This document shows, one piece after another, positions 25,819 through 36,760 of a stretch of 64,000 nt of DNA (positions are counted from its first letter, which is position 1; each line of letters begins with the position of its first letter). The notes under the pieces are model-generated. The model did not search any database, was not told the DNA's origin, and saw only the letters and a program-made list of their open reading frames with translations. Both the position numbers and the translations under genes were made by a program. The stretch covers positions 2,604,001 to 2,668,000 of the forward strand of contig CP154954.1 in assembly GCA_039621445.1 (NCBI GenBank). Reading direction: 5' to 3'. Source of the stretch: Euglena gracilis. Lineage: Eukaryota.

Positions 25819-27693
25819 ATGTGTTGGAAAAAATTTCAAGCTGTCAAGAGGAAGTGGGAGCACAAGGACGTTCAAGACAGACAGCCGAAGCTGGAAAACA
25901 CCGAGGAACTGCAGGCGCTGGAGTACCTGATGGAGCAGGGCCAACACGTCCGTCCGTGGCCGTCGCAACCCTTCCGCCCCCCAGTTCGTCAGAAATTTCC
26001 TGTTTTCAACAAAGCTTTTGTGACGGCCATGGACCCTGGACACTCGTGGTCAGAGCAAAGCGTCAGAGGAGCCATCCAGGGCAAGGCCCATTGGGTCATG
26101 GGGACCCATCACAGTCATCAATCAAGGAAACATTGTCAGGAGCGGGAAAAACAGGTCTGGCAGACTACCCATCCCCCTTCTCATCCCCACCCCTATGGCA
26201 GGGGAAATATGACAAGTTCAAAGGGTTCAAGTCAGGAAGGTGGAAACCCTCCTCAAAATGGCCATGGCGGCCATCTATCTACAGGGCCTGGGGCCCAAGG
26301 CTATGGCAGCCATCATTCAAAAGGGCATGGTGCCCATTCTCAAGGACACAGAACCCAGAATCCCAGCAGGGGACCCCAGTGGGGAGAGGTATGTCCAACT
26401 ATCCCCCCAGAACCCTCAAAATCATTCCCCCCAGGGGAAGCAAGCCACAGCCAAGACAGGTGGCATCAAACCCCTCAGAACAATTCAGCCATGGTGGCTC
26501 ATCTGGGGAACCAAGAGGGAAAAAGAAGACACAAGAAAAGTGCTGGAGAGAAGGTCAATGGAGACCAAGAAGGCCAGATGGCCCTGAAGGCCAATGGAGG
26601 CCATTACAATCAAGATATCAAGGCCAATGGAGGCCATTTCAAGCAAATTCAGGTGGCCACTGGAGGCCAGTACATTCAAGATATCAGCCCTTGGGGGGGA
26701 GGCCCAAGATTGGCTACACCAGGGCCCCCCCAGAAGGTAATCAGCCCTCACCCCCCAGCATTATATGTACCTCCCCACCACAGACCTTCCCCCATCTTTC
26801 AAAAACAGGGGGAAAGCCTGTCTTTGAGCAGCCCTATGGCAGGGCCAGAGGCAACCCCAGTGATGGGGCAGCCAGGGGAATGGACCCCAGTGATGGGGCA
26901 GCCAGGGGAAAGGACCCCAGTGATGGGGCCTGTGGAATCCCCAGACACATTATACCCAGGGGTGCCCCCCTACAGGGCCCTGCAGGCCAGCATCCCCCAT
27001 TGGGTCAAGGCAGGAGCCAGCACAGAGGTATTAAACCTGATAAGGAAAGGGTCAGGCAGATCTCCCCTCCCCCCTCAGATGTCCTTAAAAGTTCCCTTCA
27101 AAACTCCCCAAGAAATAAGGACTGCCCAGAAAATTCTGAGAGAATACGAATGTGCAGGGGCAACCAGGCAAATCACCCCACAGGAGGCAAAACATTTTGT
27201 CCCTTATTTTATCATTTCCAAAAAGGAAGGGGAAAAGACCAAGGAAAGACTGATTTCAGATTGTCGACAGTTAAATCTCCATTTCACCCCCCAGAAATTC
27301 AGATTGGAACACATGGGAAACATCTTCCCATATCTAAGAAAAGGTTGGTTCTGTGGAAAAATAGACCTGAAAGATGCATATTTCCACTTAAAACTGCACA
27401 GCAGTCTGGAAAAACATGTGTGCATGCAGGTGGGGGGGGAAACGTGGCAATTTCAAGCTGCATGCTTTGGTATAAGCAGCCTGCCACAAAAATTTATGAC
27501 TCTTATGAGAGTCTGGGAAAGAAAATGGAGAAAGGAAGGCAAGGTAGTTTTCATCTACCTGGACGACATTTTGCTGTTAGCCCCCAGCAAAAAGACAGCA
27601 GCCCAACATTTGGCAGAAGTAAAAACAGACCTTTTACTGGCAGGTTTCAGACTAAACCTCCCCAAATCCTGTCTGGAACCCACACAGGAATAA
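25819..27693 (+). CDS. DIRS reverse transcriptase ORF (RT core ~27150-27690)
   Basis: RLISDCRQLN, KIDLKDAYFH, QAACFGISSLP, IYLDDILL (YLDD 27556-27567). Stop at 27691 lies in an A-run; one extra A gives EPTQEIKHLG into RNase H. Confidence 0.9.
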   Translation: MCWKKFQAVKRKWEHKDVQDRQPKLENTEELQALEYLMEQGQHVRPWPSQPFRPPVRQKFPVFNKAFVTAMDPGHSWSEQSVRGAIQGKAHWVMGTHHSHQSRKHCQEREKQVWQTTHPPSHPHPYGRGNMTSSKGSSQEGGNPPQNGHGGHLSTGPGAQGYGSHHSKGHGAHSQGHRTQNPSRGPQWGEVCPTIPPEPSKSFPPGEASHSQDRWHQTPQNNSAMVAHLGNQEGKRRHKKSAGEKVNGDQEGQMALKANGGHYNQDIKANGGHFKQIQVATGGQYIQDISPWGGGPRLATPGPPQKVISPHPPALYVPPHHRPSPIFQKQGESLSLSSPMAGPEATPVMGQPGEWTPVMGQPGERTPVMGPVESPDTLYPGVPPYRALQASIPHWVKAGASTEVLNLIRKGSGRSPLPPQMSLKVPFKTPQEIRTAQKILREYECAGATRQITPQEAKHFVPYFIISKKEGEKTKERLISDCRQLNLHFTPQKFRLEHMGNIFPYLRKGWFCGKIDLKDAYFHLKLHSSLEKHVCMQVGGETWQFQAACFGISSLPQKFMTLMRVWERKWRKEGKVVFIYLDDILLLAPSKKTAAQHLAEVKTDLLLAGFRLNLPKSCLEPTQE

Positions 27694-28875
27694 AACATTT
27701 GGGCCAATGGATCAATTTGAAAAAAGGCCAATTAAAAAAACAAAAAAAAAAACTAAAATCCTTAAGAAAGGAGCTAGGCAAAGTGCTCACAGCACAGAAA
27801 ATGAGCTGCAGAAAACTCAGTTCTATTGTGGGACAAGTCAGAAGCTATTTAGTTTCAATGCCATTTCTCAGAATTCTGACAGATCAACTTTGCAAAATGG
27901 TGGATTTGCACACAAAGTGGGGTTGGGACCACACCCTGACCATTCCCCAGGGGGTCAAAGATCAAATTGTGGAGTTAAAAGCCTTTTTACAGCCAGGTGT
28001 GGGCAGGGCATTTGAGTCCCAGGCCTCTCAGGAGCTCTTTTCAGACAGCAGCACCTGGCAGTGGGGGGTGCTGGACAAAGCTTCAGGCCAAAAGGTGCAG
28101 GATTTTTGGAGGGACCTGCATGTCCTTCATATCAATCAAAAAGAGTTGCAGGCTGCAGTGGAAACAGTAAAGGCACTAGCCAAACCAAAACAAACAATTG
28201 TGCTCCACGTGGACAGCCAGGTGGCTGTAAGTTATTTAACAAAATGGGGAGGCAAAAAGCCATACCTAAATTCCATCTTAAAACCGCTGTATCATTGCCA
28301 AGAAAAACAAATCAATTTGCAGGTGGTTTGGGTCCCCACAAAGGAGCAATTGGCAGACTCCCTGACCAGGGAGCAAAAGGACCCAGGGGATTATACCCTA
28401 AACCTAAACATCTTTCACCAAATTCTTCAGTTTTTCAGAAAGGAAATCACCCCAGAGGTGGACATGTTTTGCACACCCAGCAACAAAAAATTCCCCAAGT
28501 TTGTTTGTCGATACCCCCACCAAGGGGCTTTGCTGGTGGATGCCTTGAAGGCAGATTTGAGGGGCCTCCCCCCAGTTTATGCAAACCCCCCCTGGAGCAT
28601 CATTCCCCAATGGGTTCAGAGATTAATGTTAAACCCAGACCTAATTTGTCTGTTGATCGTACCCCACTGGGCTTCGACATCATGGTGGCGCCAATTAATG
28701 TCAATAAGGCAGCCAGGCAGCAAGGTTTTGCTAGTACCCCCCCAATGGGGTCTGTTCACCAACTGCTGGGGGGAGGAGATGCCCCCCCCCAAGGTGGAAT
28801 TTGGCCTGCTTGATTGTGTCAGGCAAATATTACAATCCCAGGAAGTTTCGATGTCCAGTATCGACACTTACATAA
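27690..28875 (+). CDS. DIRS RNase H + DNA N6-adenine methyltransferase domains (continuation of pol)
   Basis: RNase H: LFSDSS, HINQKELQA, HVDSQVA, WVPTKEQLADSLTR. MTase: VDMFCTPSNKK, VYANPPW (NPPW 28584-28595), LLIVPHW..SWW. Probable true end RWNLACLIVSG...* after a C-run shift at ~28790. Confidence 0.88.
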
Positions 28876-29720
28876 AAAATCTGGGAAATGTCAAGAGATA
28901 TGATTCAGCCTTCAGGACATTGGTGGGCCAATTGTTGCACAAAGGGGTGCCCCTGCAGGACTGCACAGTCCACAAGATGGCCGAGGCCATCCTTGATTTG
29001 GCTGCCCACAGCCTCAACACTGCACGAAATGCATATGCAGCAGTTTTATTACTCCCAGGGTTTGGGTCATTGAGGTTTTCCCCTCTTTTGTCTCCATTGA
29101 AAAGGAAGTGGAATTCCAATGTCTGCAAGTATGCCCATTTCTGGGACCCCACTGATTTCTTAGAAAACATCATCAGGAAATCCAAACCCCTCTCAGACCT
29201 GTCTGTGAAAGAGCTCAGAAACAGACTCATCATCTGTTGGAGGCTGTTAGCCCTCCACAGGGGGGTTGATTTAGCCAGAACACAGCGGAAAATCAGTTTC
29301 GTGGGAGAAAAAATTTTCATTTTATTGCAAAGGAAAGGGTGGCAATTCCCAAGATGGGAGGAGATTTTAAATTTGCCACACACCCCCCTCATCAGCCCCT
29401 GGCATTTATTGAAAGAATATGTGGAAAGGACAGCCCACATGGTTGGACACAAAAATAATTTGTTATGGTCTTTGGATAGTAAAAGACCTTTGACATCAGA
29501 AAGGGTGAATTCCCTTACCAAAGAAATTCTGCAAGAGGGGGGGGTGGACACCACCCATTGGAAACCCCACAGCACCAGAGGGGCTGGGGTCTTATGGTGG
29601 AAAAATGCTGGTTTGCAAGTGGAAGAAGTCCAGCAGCTGGGTCAGTGGAAAAATTTTGGGGCCTTCCAAGCCCATTATTTGCGACTTGGGGTCGTATCAA
29701 AAATTCAAAATATTATGGCC
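28790..29720 (+). CDS. DIRS tyrosine recombinase domain
   Basis: Catalytic set: LALHRGVDL (R), WKPHSTRGAG (HxxR), LGQW (W), FQAHYLR (Y). True start and end uncertain. Confidence 0.9.
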
Positions 29721-29738
29721 CAAAGGGGGGTGCACAGT

Positions 29739-29840
29739 ACCTCACCATCTCGCAGTGCGGAGCCCGAATGGTCTCGGACTCCCACGACAAAGGAAGGGGG
29801 AGGAAGGGACCAAGAGGGCGAAGCACAAGAAGATGGTGAG
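29739..29840 (+). other. DIRS internal complementary region (ICR)
   Basis: 29739-29774 is the reverse complement of the left terminus (25573-25608); 29771-29840 is the reverse complement of the right terminus (30156-30225); they overlap at GTCT. Confidence 0.95.
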
Positions 29841-30063
29841 CCCAACCCTCCCACCCAAAAAATCAGCAGAAAAAGAAAGACATCCCAACCAGAAAGGGGA
29901 CCCCCGACCAAGCAGCCCCAACCACCCACCCAGGAACACACCAGAAAGAGACAACCATCACCATCGGAGGGGCGGGCCCCCACAAAGCGCCCAGGGAAGG
30001 GGGGGGGGGGGCGGGGCCACGACGGTTCAGCTTCGCCAAGGTGTCGGAGGAGGCCTCATCATC

Positions 30064-30165
30064 GCCAACTCCGGCAACAAAGGCGCAGTAAGAAGCACCC
30101 CCCGCGCACGCACAAACACAGAACAGAACAGCCGGCAAGGAAAGCAGGACCTCACCTCACCATCT
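30064..30165 (-). repeat. DIRS right inverted terminal repeat (right extension 30166-30225)
   Basis: Reverse complement of 25597-25698. Confidence 0.9.
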
Positions 30166-30225
30166 TCTTGTGCTTCGCCCTCTTGGTCCCTTCCTCCCCC
30201 TTCCTTTGTCGTGGGAGTCCGAGAC

Positions 30226-32087
30226 TTCAGCAACGCGTTCAACCGGGTCCGCCGTGATGCCTTATTGGAAGCGGCAAGAGAAAGATGCCCCGAAATGGTC
30301 ACGTGGCTGGAAACATGTTATGCAGAACACTCCAGTCTCTTCTTGGGGGATACTTGCCTCCGAAGTAAATCAGGGGTCCAGCAAGGGGATCCTTGTGGCC
30401 CCGCTGCTTTCGCCCTTCCCATTCAAGGACTGGTGGAAGAACTTCATTACGTATGTGGCTGGCAAGCCTGGTACCTGGACGACGCCCACATCGTGGGCAA
30501 CATGTGCCAGCTCGAGGCCGCGGTCCGAATGATCCTGGAAAAGGGCCCTCCGATCGGTGTGGCACTCAACCTGGACAAGTGCACGCTGTGGAGGCCGGCC
30601 TTCGGTACCGCATGGTCCTCCCTTCCAATGGGAGCAAGCATCCTCCAACAAATCCCGGTGACACCTTTTATCCCTGGCTCAGGAATGGGTGTCCCGGTGT
30701 GCCACCCAGCGGACGGCACCTTTGCTGAACACACCTGGTTTGGACGGTGCGAGGCTGCGATGAAAGCATGTTCCCTCCTACAGAGAGTGCCTTCCGCACA
30801 CGTTCAATTCACGATCCTTCGGATGTGCCTGGACGTATGCAAGGTGAATGACCTTCTGCAGGCAACCCCAGCCTCCTATGCTCAAGACCAATGTGCCTTG
30901 CTCAGCAAAACCGTGCGGAATACAATGAGCATTATCAGCGGACGACCACTGGAGGAACCACAATGGGTTCAAGCCACTCTCCCGGTTCGACTGGGGGGTT
31001 TGGGTATCCGCGACCCAGTTGTCGAGAGAGTGAACGCCAGATGGGCAGCAACTCTGGATTTCGTTATTCGAGGGGATCGGATCCTTGACCTCCCAGCCTT
31101 CTGCTCTGTTCCGCTACTCCCCATCGACTTCGCGGACACAGTAGGAGCCATCAAAGGAAGCTGCTCTTGGCCAACATCCGCTCAATCCTTCTGTGATGAC
31201 CCCCGTCGACACGAATTGTTGACGCCCGAGATGCTGACACAGCGCTTCTGGGGAAATGCTTGTGCTGAAGCACGACAGCAGAGGCTGCACGCCGCCTTGG
31301 AAGGGACGGAAAAATTGAAGTTCTCCTGCCAGATGAAGCCACACGCCATGGCATGGGCCTCAGTGACACCGTGTGCCTCGACCAAAACACTGATTCCCAC
31401 CAGAGAATTTCAGGCCATCGTCCAGTGGTCTCTGGGTGCCCTGCCCCGGTGGTCAGCGCTACAGACAGCCCACCTGCCTGCCCAAGATGCCACAACCCCA
31501 CAGATGTCAGAGGCCACCACCTTGTCTGCTGCCACAAAAACAACATTGTCCGGCGGCACAATGCGGTGCAATCGCACATCCTCGGGCTCGCGCAGCGTGC
31601 AGGCTTCCCAGCCAGAAGGGAAGAAAGTGCCCCAGATGGCTCACGACCAGGCGACGTATTCGTCATGAGGTACGATGCAAACGACCCGGCAGCCATCGAC
31701 GTCACCATTCGTCACCCGCTTGTCGCGCCTTCGCGAAATCGCGCTGGCTTGGAGGATATTGGCAGGTGGCATGAGGCACAGGAGCAGGACAAGATAAAGA
31801 AGTATGGAGATGGTTGCCAACGAAGAGGCTGGACATTAATTCCCTTTGTCTTGGACTGTTATGGTGGCATGGGGGATGGTGCGCTCACCTTTGTTGGTAA
31901 CTGCATCAAGCTGTTAGCAGGCCAACACGACGCCTGGGAGAGGAGGGGCGTCGAGGGGACCTGCTGGCAAGGAATAAGCATGACTCTGGCCCGGGAGGTT
32001 GGACGACAATTGGTTTGGGGACAATGCCCCGAAGAGCTCGCTGACCATAGCCTCCCTGAATCTCATAAACCCTACTGTACTTCATAG
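30226..32087 (+). pseudogene. CRE-1 RT C-terminal part, CCHC knuckle and restriction-like endonuclease (one frameshift ~31430-31470)
   Basis: FSNAFN, SGVQQGDPCGP, WYLDD, LNLDKC, QATLPVRLGGLGI; CPRC...HHLVC, RRHNAV, RPGDV...IDVTI, EQDKIKKY. Confidence 0.92.
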
Positions 32088-32626
32088 CTCCGAGGCAGCA
32101 CCACAACCAAACACCCGAAATCGAATACCAAAAGCCGAGAACTCTCTCCGGACGTCCACCATGGAGGTGCCGAAGTCACACACAATCGAAGGGGGTGGAA
32201 CCCCCGAGAGGGACCTCAAACCAAGTGCCAGCCAGGTCCACCATACAACTTCTTCAAGCGCACCTGAAATCCTGACTCGGACCTGGTGCTGTAGAAAACG
32301 AAGGGCCCGTCCACCCAATCCAGATCTCAAATACAGAAGGATGCGGCCCCAGTCGGTGGATAACTGTTGGGAAAGACACGCCTTGCTCTCGCAAGCTCGA
32401 CGACGCAGAGCTCAACGACCAATCAGAATTGCGGTGGTCGTGAACACTATTTCAAATCGCCTGTGCACCTGCAGCATGACGAGATCCTTTCGCTAAGCTC
32501 ACCCCTCTTACCTGCCCCCGCACCTCGCACAGACTCTTTCTTCTGTATTTAGCCTCACTCCCCTGAACTCGTCAAATCCAGTAGGCTGTGCCACTGGTCA
32601 TTCCCAATCGAGAAGTCTTTAGCCGT

Positions 32627-33605
32627 TGGGGTACCAAGTGACTACCCCGGCGACAGCACCGTCTCTGACATTACCTGGGCCAAGGCATCTGAAAAGTTCC
32701 AGGATACCATCTTGCGCCTCCAACAACTGCCGGACCCCCAACTGCAACCTGTATGCTACGCAACTGCTTGGACGGTTGTCGCGTGACACACCTTCTGCGT
32801 CAAATGAATATCTGCTCCGGTACACAGAGTGTGCAAATCATCTCAGATTCCATCCGGCACGCGGCCTGTGACATCGTGGGGGCACCCCTGTCTGCCTTAC
32901 ATTGGAACCAAATCACCTTGCCCTGCAACAAGACAGGGTGGGGTATCACAGACCCCCAGCTGGAGAGACCAGCTGCCCGTCTGGCTGCCTGCGTGGGTTT
33001 TTCCCAACGGGCGCCCAGCTTTAATATCCCTCCGCTCTGGCGCATGAACCCGCTACCGGACACCATCCCCGTGGCCAAATTAGCCCGTGATACTTTGGGC
33101 CCGCACAGCGAACCACTGGCCTCCTGGATCGCCAACCCTTCCTCCTTGGCCTCTTCCACCCCAGATCATTCCACTCAATCGTGGTGGGCCGAACGTTTCC
33201 ACGTCGTTCGCGTGGCAACCCTGGAGGAGGGTGCACCTCTTCGGGACATCGCCAGACTTCGCTGTCAGTCCTCTGCCTTCCTTCAGAATTGGATGATCGT
33301 CCTGCCGTCCAGGTCCGTGAACACTGTCCTAGCACCAGATGAATACAGACTGCTATTGCGCTTCTCGACCGGTTTACCCCTCATCCCAACAACAGATATA
33401 CTCTTGTACCCCTTGTGTGGTGAGGCGGTCGACCCCTTCGGAGACCACCTCCTGGATTGCAGAAGGAATGGCATAACCGAAAGACACAACTGCGTCCGCG
33501 ACGCCATCTTCGACCTCTGCCAACGCTCAGGCATCACCCTGCGCAAAGAACAGGGCTGTGAGACTGGCACCCGCGACGCTGATCTCCTCCTGCTGGGGTG
33601 GAACA
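32627..33605 (+). pseudogene. CRE family 2 fragment (post-RT region to start of RLE)
   Basis: GVP..YPGDS, LRNCLDGCRVTHLLR, QITLPC..GWGI, DPFGDHLLDC, ERHNCVRD, RDADLLL; homologous to the CRE-3 protein. Confidence 0.85.
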
Positions 33606-34689
33606 AATCCGGTGAGCCCCCGCCAGTCGGGGAATTAAATCTGGTCGCCCTGTTTTCCGCAGATTTTTTTGGATCATTGCCGCCAGGGTCACCTCGCTCG
33701 CCTTGCATGTCTCACTTTTTTTTGTGTGTCGGTTCGCAGACGCGGCAGAAAAAATAAAAACTTTTTTTTGACTTTTCCAATCCCGCATTTCTCTGTGCAA
33801 AAAAAAAGCCTCCAAACATCGAAAAAGGTTCCATCGCTGGACCCTTTTCCTGGGCCTTGACTGGCGTTTACTGGGCCCTGTGGCACCAAACTGGCCAAAC
33901 ATCCTGGCACCAAACTGGCCACCACTTGTGACACCCCCCCCCCCCCTCACCAAATTGGGTCACCTGTGACAGCCCCAAACTGGCCACTGGTGGACAATAA
34001 GTTGAGTGGAAAATTGGCAACCACCTCTCCACACAAACCACACACAAATGCCCACCACACACACGCCTCATTCAGATCCTTCCATAGGTGTAGAAGTGGG
34101 GGGTCGGGGGGGGGGGGGGTCGGCCGCCCCCCCCAAGATTTTGGAGAATTTTTTTTTGCAAATTGTGTAATTTACTCGCCACATTCTTTGTGTTTTTTCC
34201 TTCAATTTCTCAGACAAAGAACTCAACTTTTCATTGAACTTTTTGGCTTTTTTTGCTGTTGGACGTCGCTACCGTCTCGCCGCCCTTCGGGCGGCAAAAC
34301 AACTCCAGAACTCATGGGTCGGAGGGGGTGGGAATCTTTCTTTTTTCAATTTGGGTTGTTGTTTGCAAACATTTCCACTTTAACAAGAAACACATGTACC
34401 TCCACCCCCCCCCTTATTGTCCCACCGACCTGCCCCCGGGAGGCCCGACCGGACAATAAGGGGGGGACAATAAGACCGTACCAAAGGAATTTCATTGGCC
34501 GGGCCAAACCCCCCCCCCCCGTCGGCCGGGGCCGAGGGACAATAAGGGGGGGTATGTTGACTTGGCTTATAAAATTCAAAATCGAAAGCATACCATTTCT
34601 ATTAACAAGTTTTGCTCTTTTTGGGGAACCTTTTTGGGAAATGCATTACCGTCCAGCCGCCCTTCGGGTGGCAACTCTTTTTTTTGTTC

Positions 34690-34855
34690 AATCACCCCAT
34701 GGGGACCGGGAACTGGCATCCTGTGCCTTGGGGTACCGTGTGACTGCCCGAGCGACAGCACCTTCTCCGACATTAATTGGGCCAAGGCATCTGAATAATT
34801 TCAGGCTACCATCTCGTGCCTCCAACAACTGCCGGACCCCCAATTGCAACACTGT
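34690..34855 (+). pseudogene. Short CRE family 2 fragment
   Basis: ITPWGPGTGILCLGVPCDCPSDSTFSDINWAKASE; nucleotide match to 32627-32750. Confidence 0.75.
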
Positions 34856-35841
34856 TTGCTGTGTAATTGTCTGGACGGCTGATTCAATGCCAAAAAGTGC
34901 TACCGTCTCGCCGCCCTTTGGGCGGCCAAAAAAAAACAATGTCGTATTGGGCCTTGTCGAGGATCTCGCCCCCCTCCCGAGAAAAAATTACTTCTACACC
35001 CCTGGATCCTTCCCAAATGATACACGACATCACCAGAACAAATTCCCAGTCAAAAAACATTTCGTTGCAAAATGGTCTTTGCTGGCCCAGGGCCTTTTCA
35101 GGCCACTGGTGCAAAATCTTTTACACACAGGAAATTCGAGAGACACATTTGCAAAACACAACAATGCAGCAGAAAAAAAAAGGCGCTATGTTAATTGCAA
35201 TGCGGCAGTTACAAAACATTTTTTTACCTGCCTTCCTTGTCCTCGCAATTCATCAGAATTCGCCTGCTTCTCTGTTCTTCAGCTTCTCTCAATTCATCTG
35301 ATGAAAATACATGCAACATAAAATACCCACAGAAAGAGGAAAACGTAAACAGGCTTTGCAGAACGTTGTACTAGAAAACCATGTGATGCCACAGATGCAT
35401 GCCACAGACATTTGATGTAACACCCACACACTTTTCCTAAAAATTCATTTTCCCAGGCTAACAGTGGAAAATCAACACAGCCGACTTTCACTGGAAATGA
35501 GCAATTCAGCAGAACAAACGACAGGATCATACCTTCAACTGTAAAGTTTTTATCTTTAATTTGAGCATTGCTACTTCTTCCCATGAACTTTACTGCCTGC
35601 AGCCTTGGGAGCCCTGGAGAGGGGGAAAAAATCATTTGATTAGTAAGGGACATGAACCTATCTGTGTTGAACTTCTTCATCAGCTTTGATCAATTCTTGC
35701 CCCGCTTCAGGCTTCGCCTTCTTATCAATGCCAAACACTTTTTCATCGGTTTTTGACCAGGTGTGCAACTGTGGAGGGAAGGTAAAAGGACGCGTATACT
35801 TTCGCTATTTCAGGTAAGTAATACTCGGGGGAATTAATTCC

Positions 35842-36760
35842 GTGCGCCAGAGTGGAGGGATATTGAAGCCGGGCGCCCGTTGGGGAAAACCCAGTCAGGC
35901 AGCCAGACGGACGGCTGGCCTTTCCAGCTGGGGGCCTGTGATACCCCATCCCCTCTTGTTGCAAGGAAAGGTAATTTGGTTCCAATGCAAGACGTTCCTT
36001 CAAAATTGGATGACCGTCCTACCGTCCAGGTCCGTAAACACTGTCCTGGCACCGGATGAAATACAGGCTGCTATTGCGCTTCTGGACCGGTTTGCCCCTG
36101 ATCCCAACAACATATATGCTTTTGTGCCCCTTGTGTGCTGAGGCGGTCGATCCCTTCGGTGACCACCTCCTGGCTTGCAGAAGGAATGGCATAACTGAAA
36201 GACATAATTGCGTACGCGACGCCATCTTTGACCTCTGCCAACGCTCAGGCATCACCCTGCGCAAAGAACAGGGCTGTGAGGCTGGCACCGCGACGCTGAT
36301 CTCCTCCTCCTCGGGTGGAACGAAGGGAAGCACCTTGCTGTGGATGTCACCATCGAACACCCGCTGGCTCCTTCACGTTGGCCTCTGAATTTGACCCGAG
36401 TTCAGCGTACTCTACCGGATGCTGAAATGCGCAAACGATCCCAGGCTGAAGATCGGTGCGCCCGTCACCAATGGGAGTACATTGGGGTGGCCTTCAACCC
36501 ATGGGGGTGTACCGGGCCAGCAGCCTCCAAACTCCTATGTGATGTCCTGCGCCTCGCGACCAACTCTTACTCTGGAACTGCCAAACAACGCAAGTTTCAA
36601 GAACTGACTGAAAACCTGGCCATCTCGCTAGCCCGTGCTGTACAACAGCAGTTGCGGTTGGCCGAAAGGGCCACGGACCGCATGATTCTGAACTCGAAAG
36701 GACACGCCCCCGCCACAACACCTGCACCACCTCCCGGTTCCCTTTCAAAGCCCCGGGGTG
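35842..36760 (+). mobile_element. CRE family 2 copy with inverted 5' segment (35842-35992 antisense; 35995-36760 sense, RLE end)
   Basis: 35842-35992 is the reverse complement of ~32894-33044; 35995+ matches 33277+ and continues VDVTIEHP...AEMRK...PWGCTG...LAISLARAVQQQL. Confidence 0.85.

Larger units (their letters stand above)
25573..30225 (+). mobile_element. DIRS-like tyrosine-recombinase retrotransposon, structurally complete (~4.65 kb)
   Basis: RT-RNase H-MTase-YR order, ITRs, ICR complementary to both termini, AGAC at both ends (25573-25576, 30222-30225). Confidence 0.95.
25240..32609 (+). mobile_element. CRE-clade RLE non-LTR retrotransposon, family 1, 5'-truncated, interrupted by DIRS
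   Basis: RT, CCHC knuckle and RLE motifs; flanked by direct repeat gagaagtctttagccgt (25223-25239, 32610-32626); conserved 3' motif at 32578-32599. Confidence 0.9.

Noticed and set aside
25647-30257. 1536-aa RNaseH-MTase-YR fusion as a novel polyprotein
   Set aside because: Joins fall in homopolymers (A-run ~27690, C-run ~28790). One fewer C gives a typical MTase end (RWNLACLIVSG...stop), and the ORF end runs through the ITR into host DNA. Probably consensus error; needs polishing.
29605-31668. 687-aa ORF as an independent RT gene
   Set aside because: Its N-terminal ~200 aa is read-through of the DIRS right end; the RT part belongs to interrupted CRE-1.
35294-35830. Minus-strand coding-like fragment
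   Set aside because: Broken frames and no recognisable motif.
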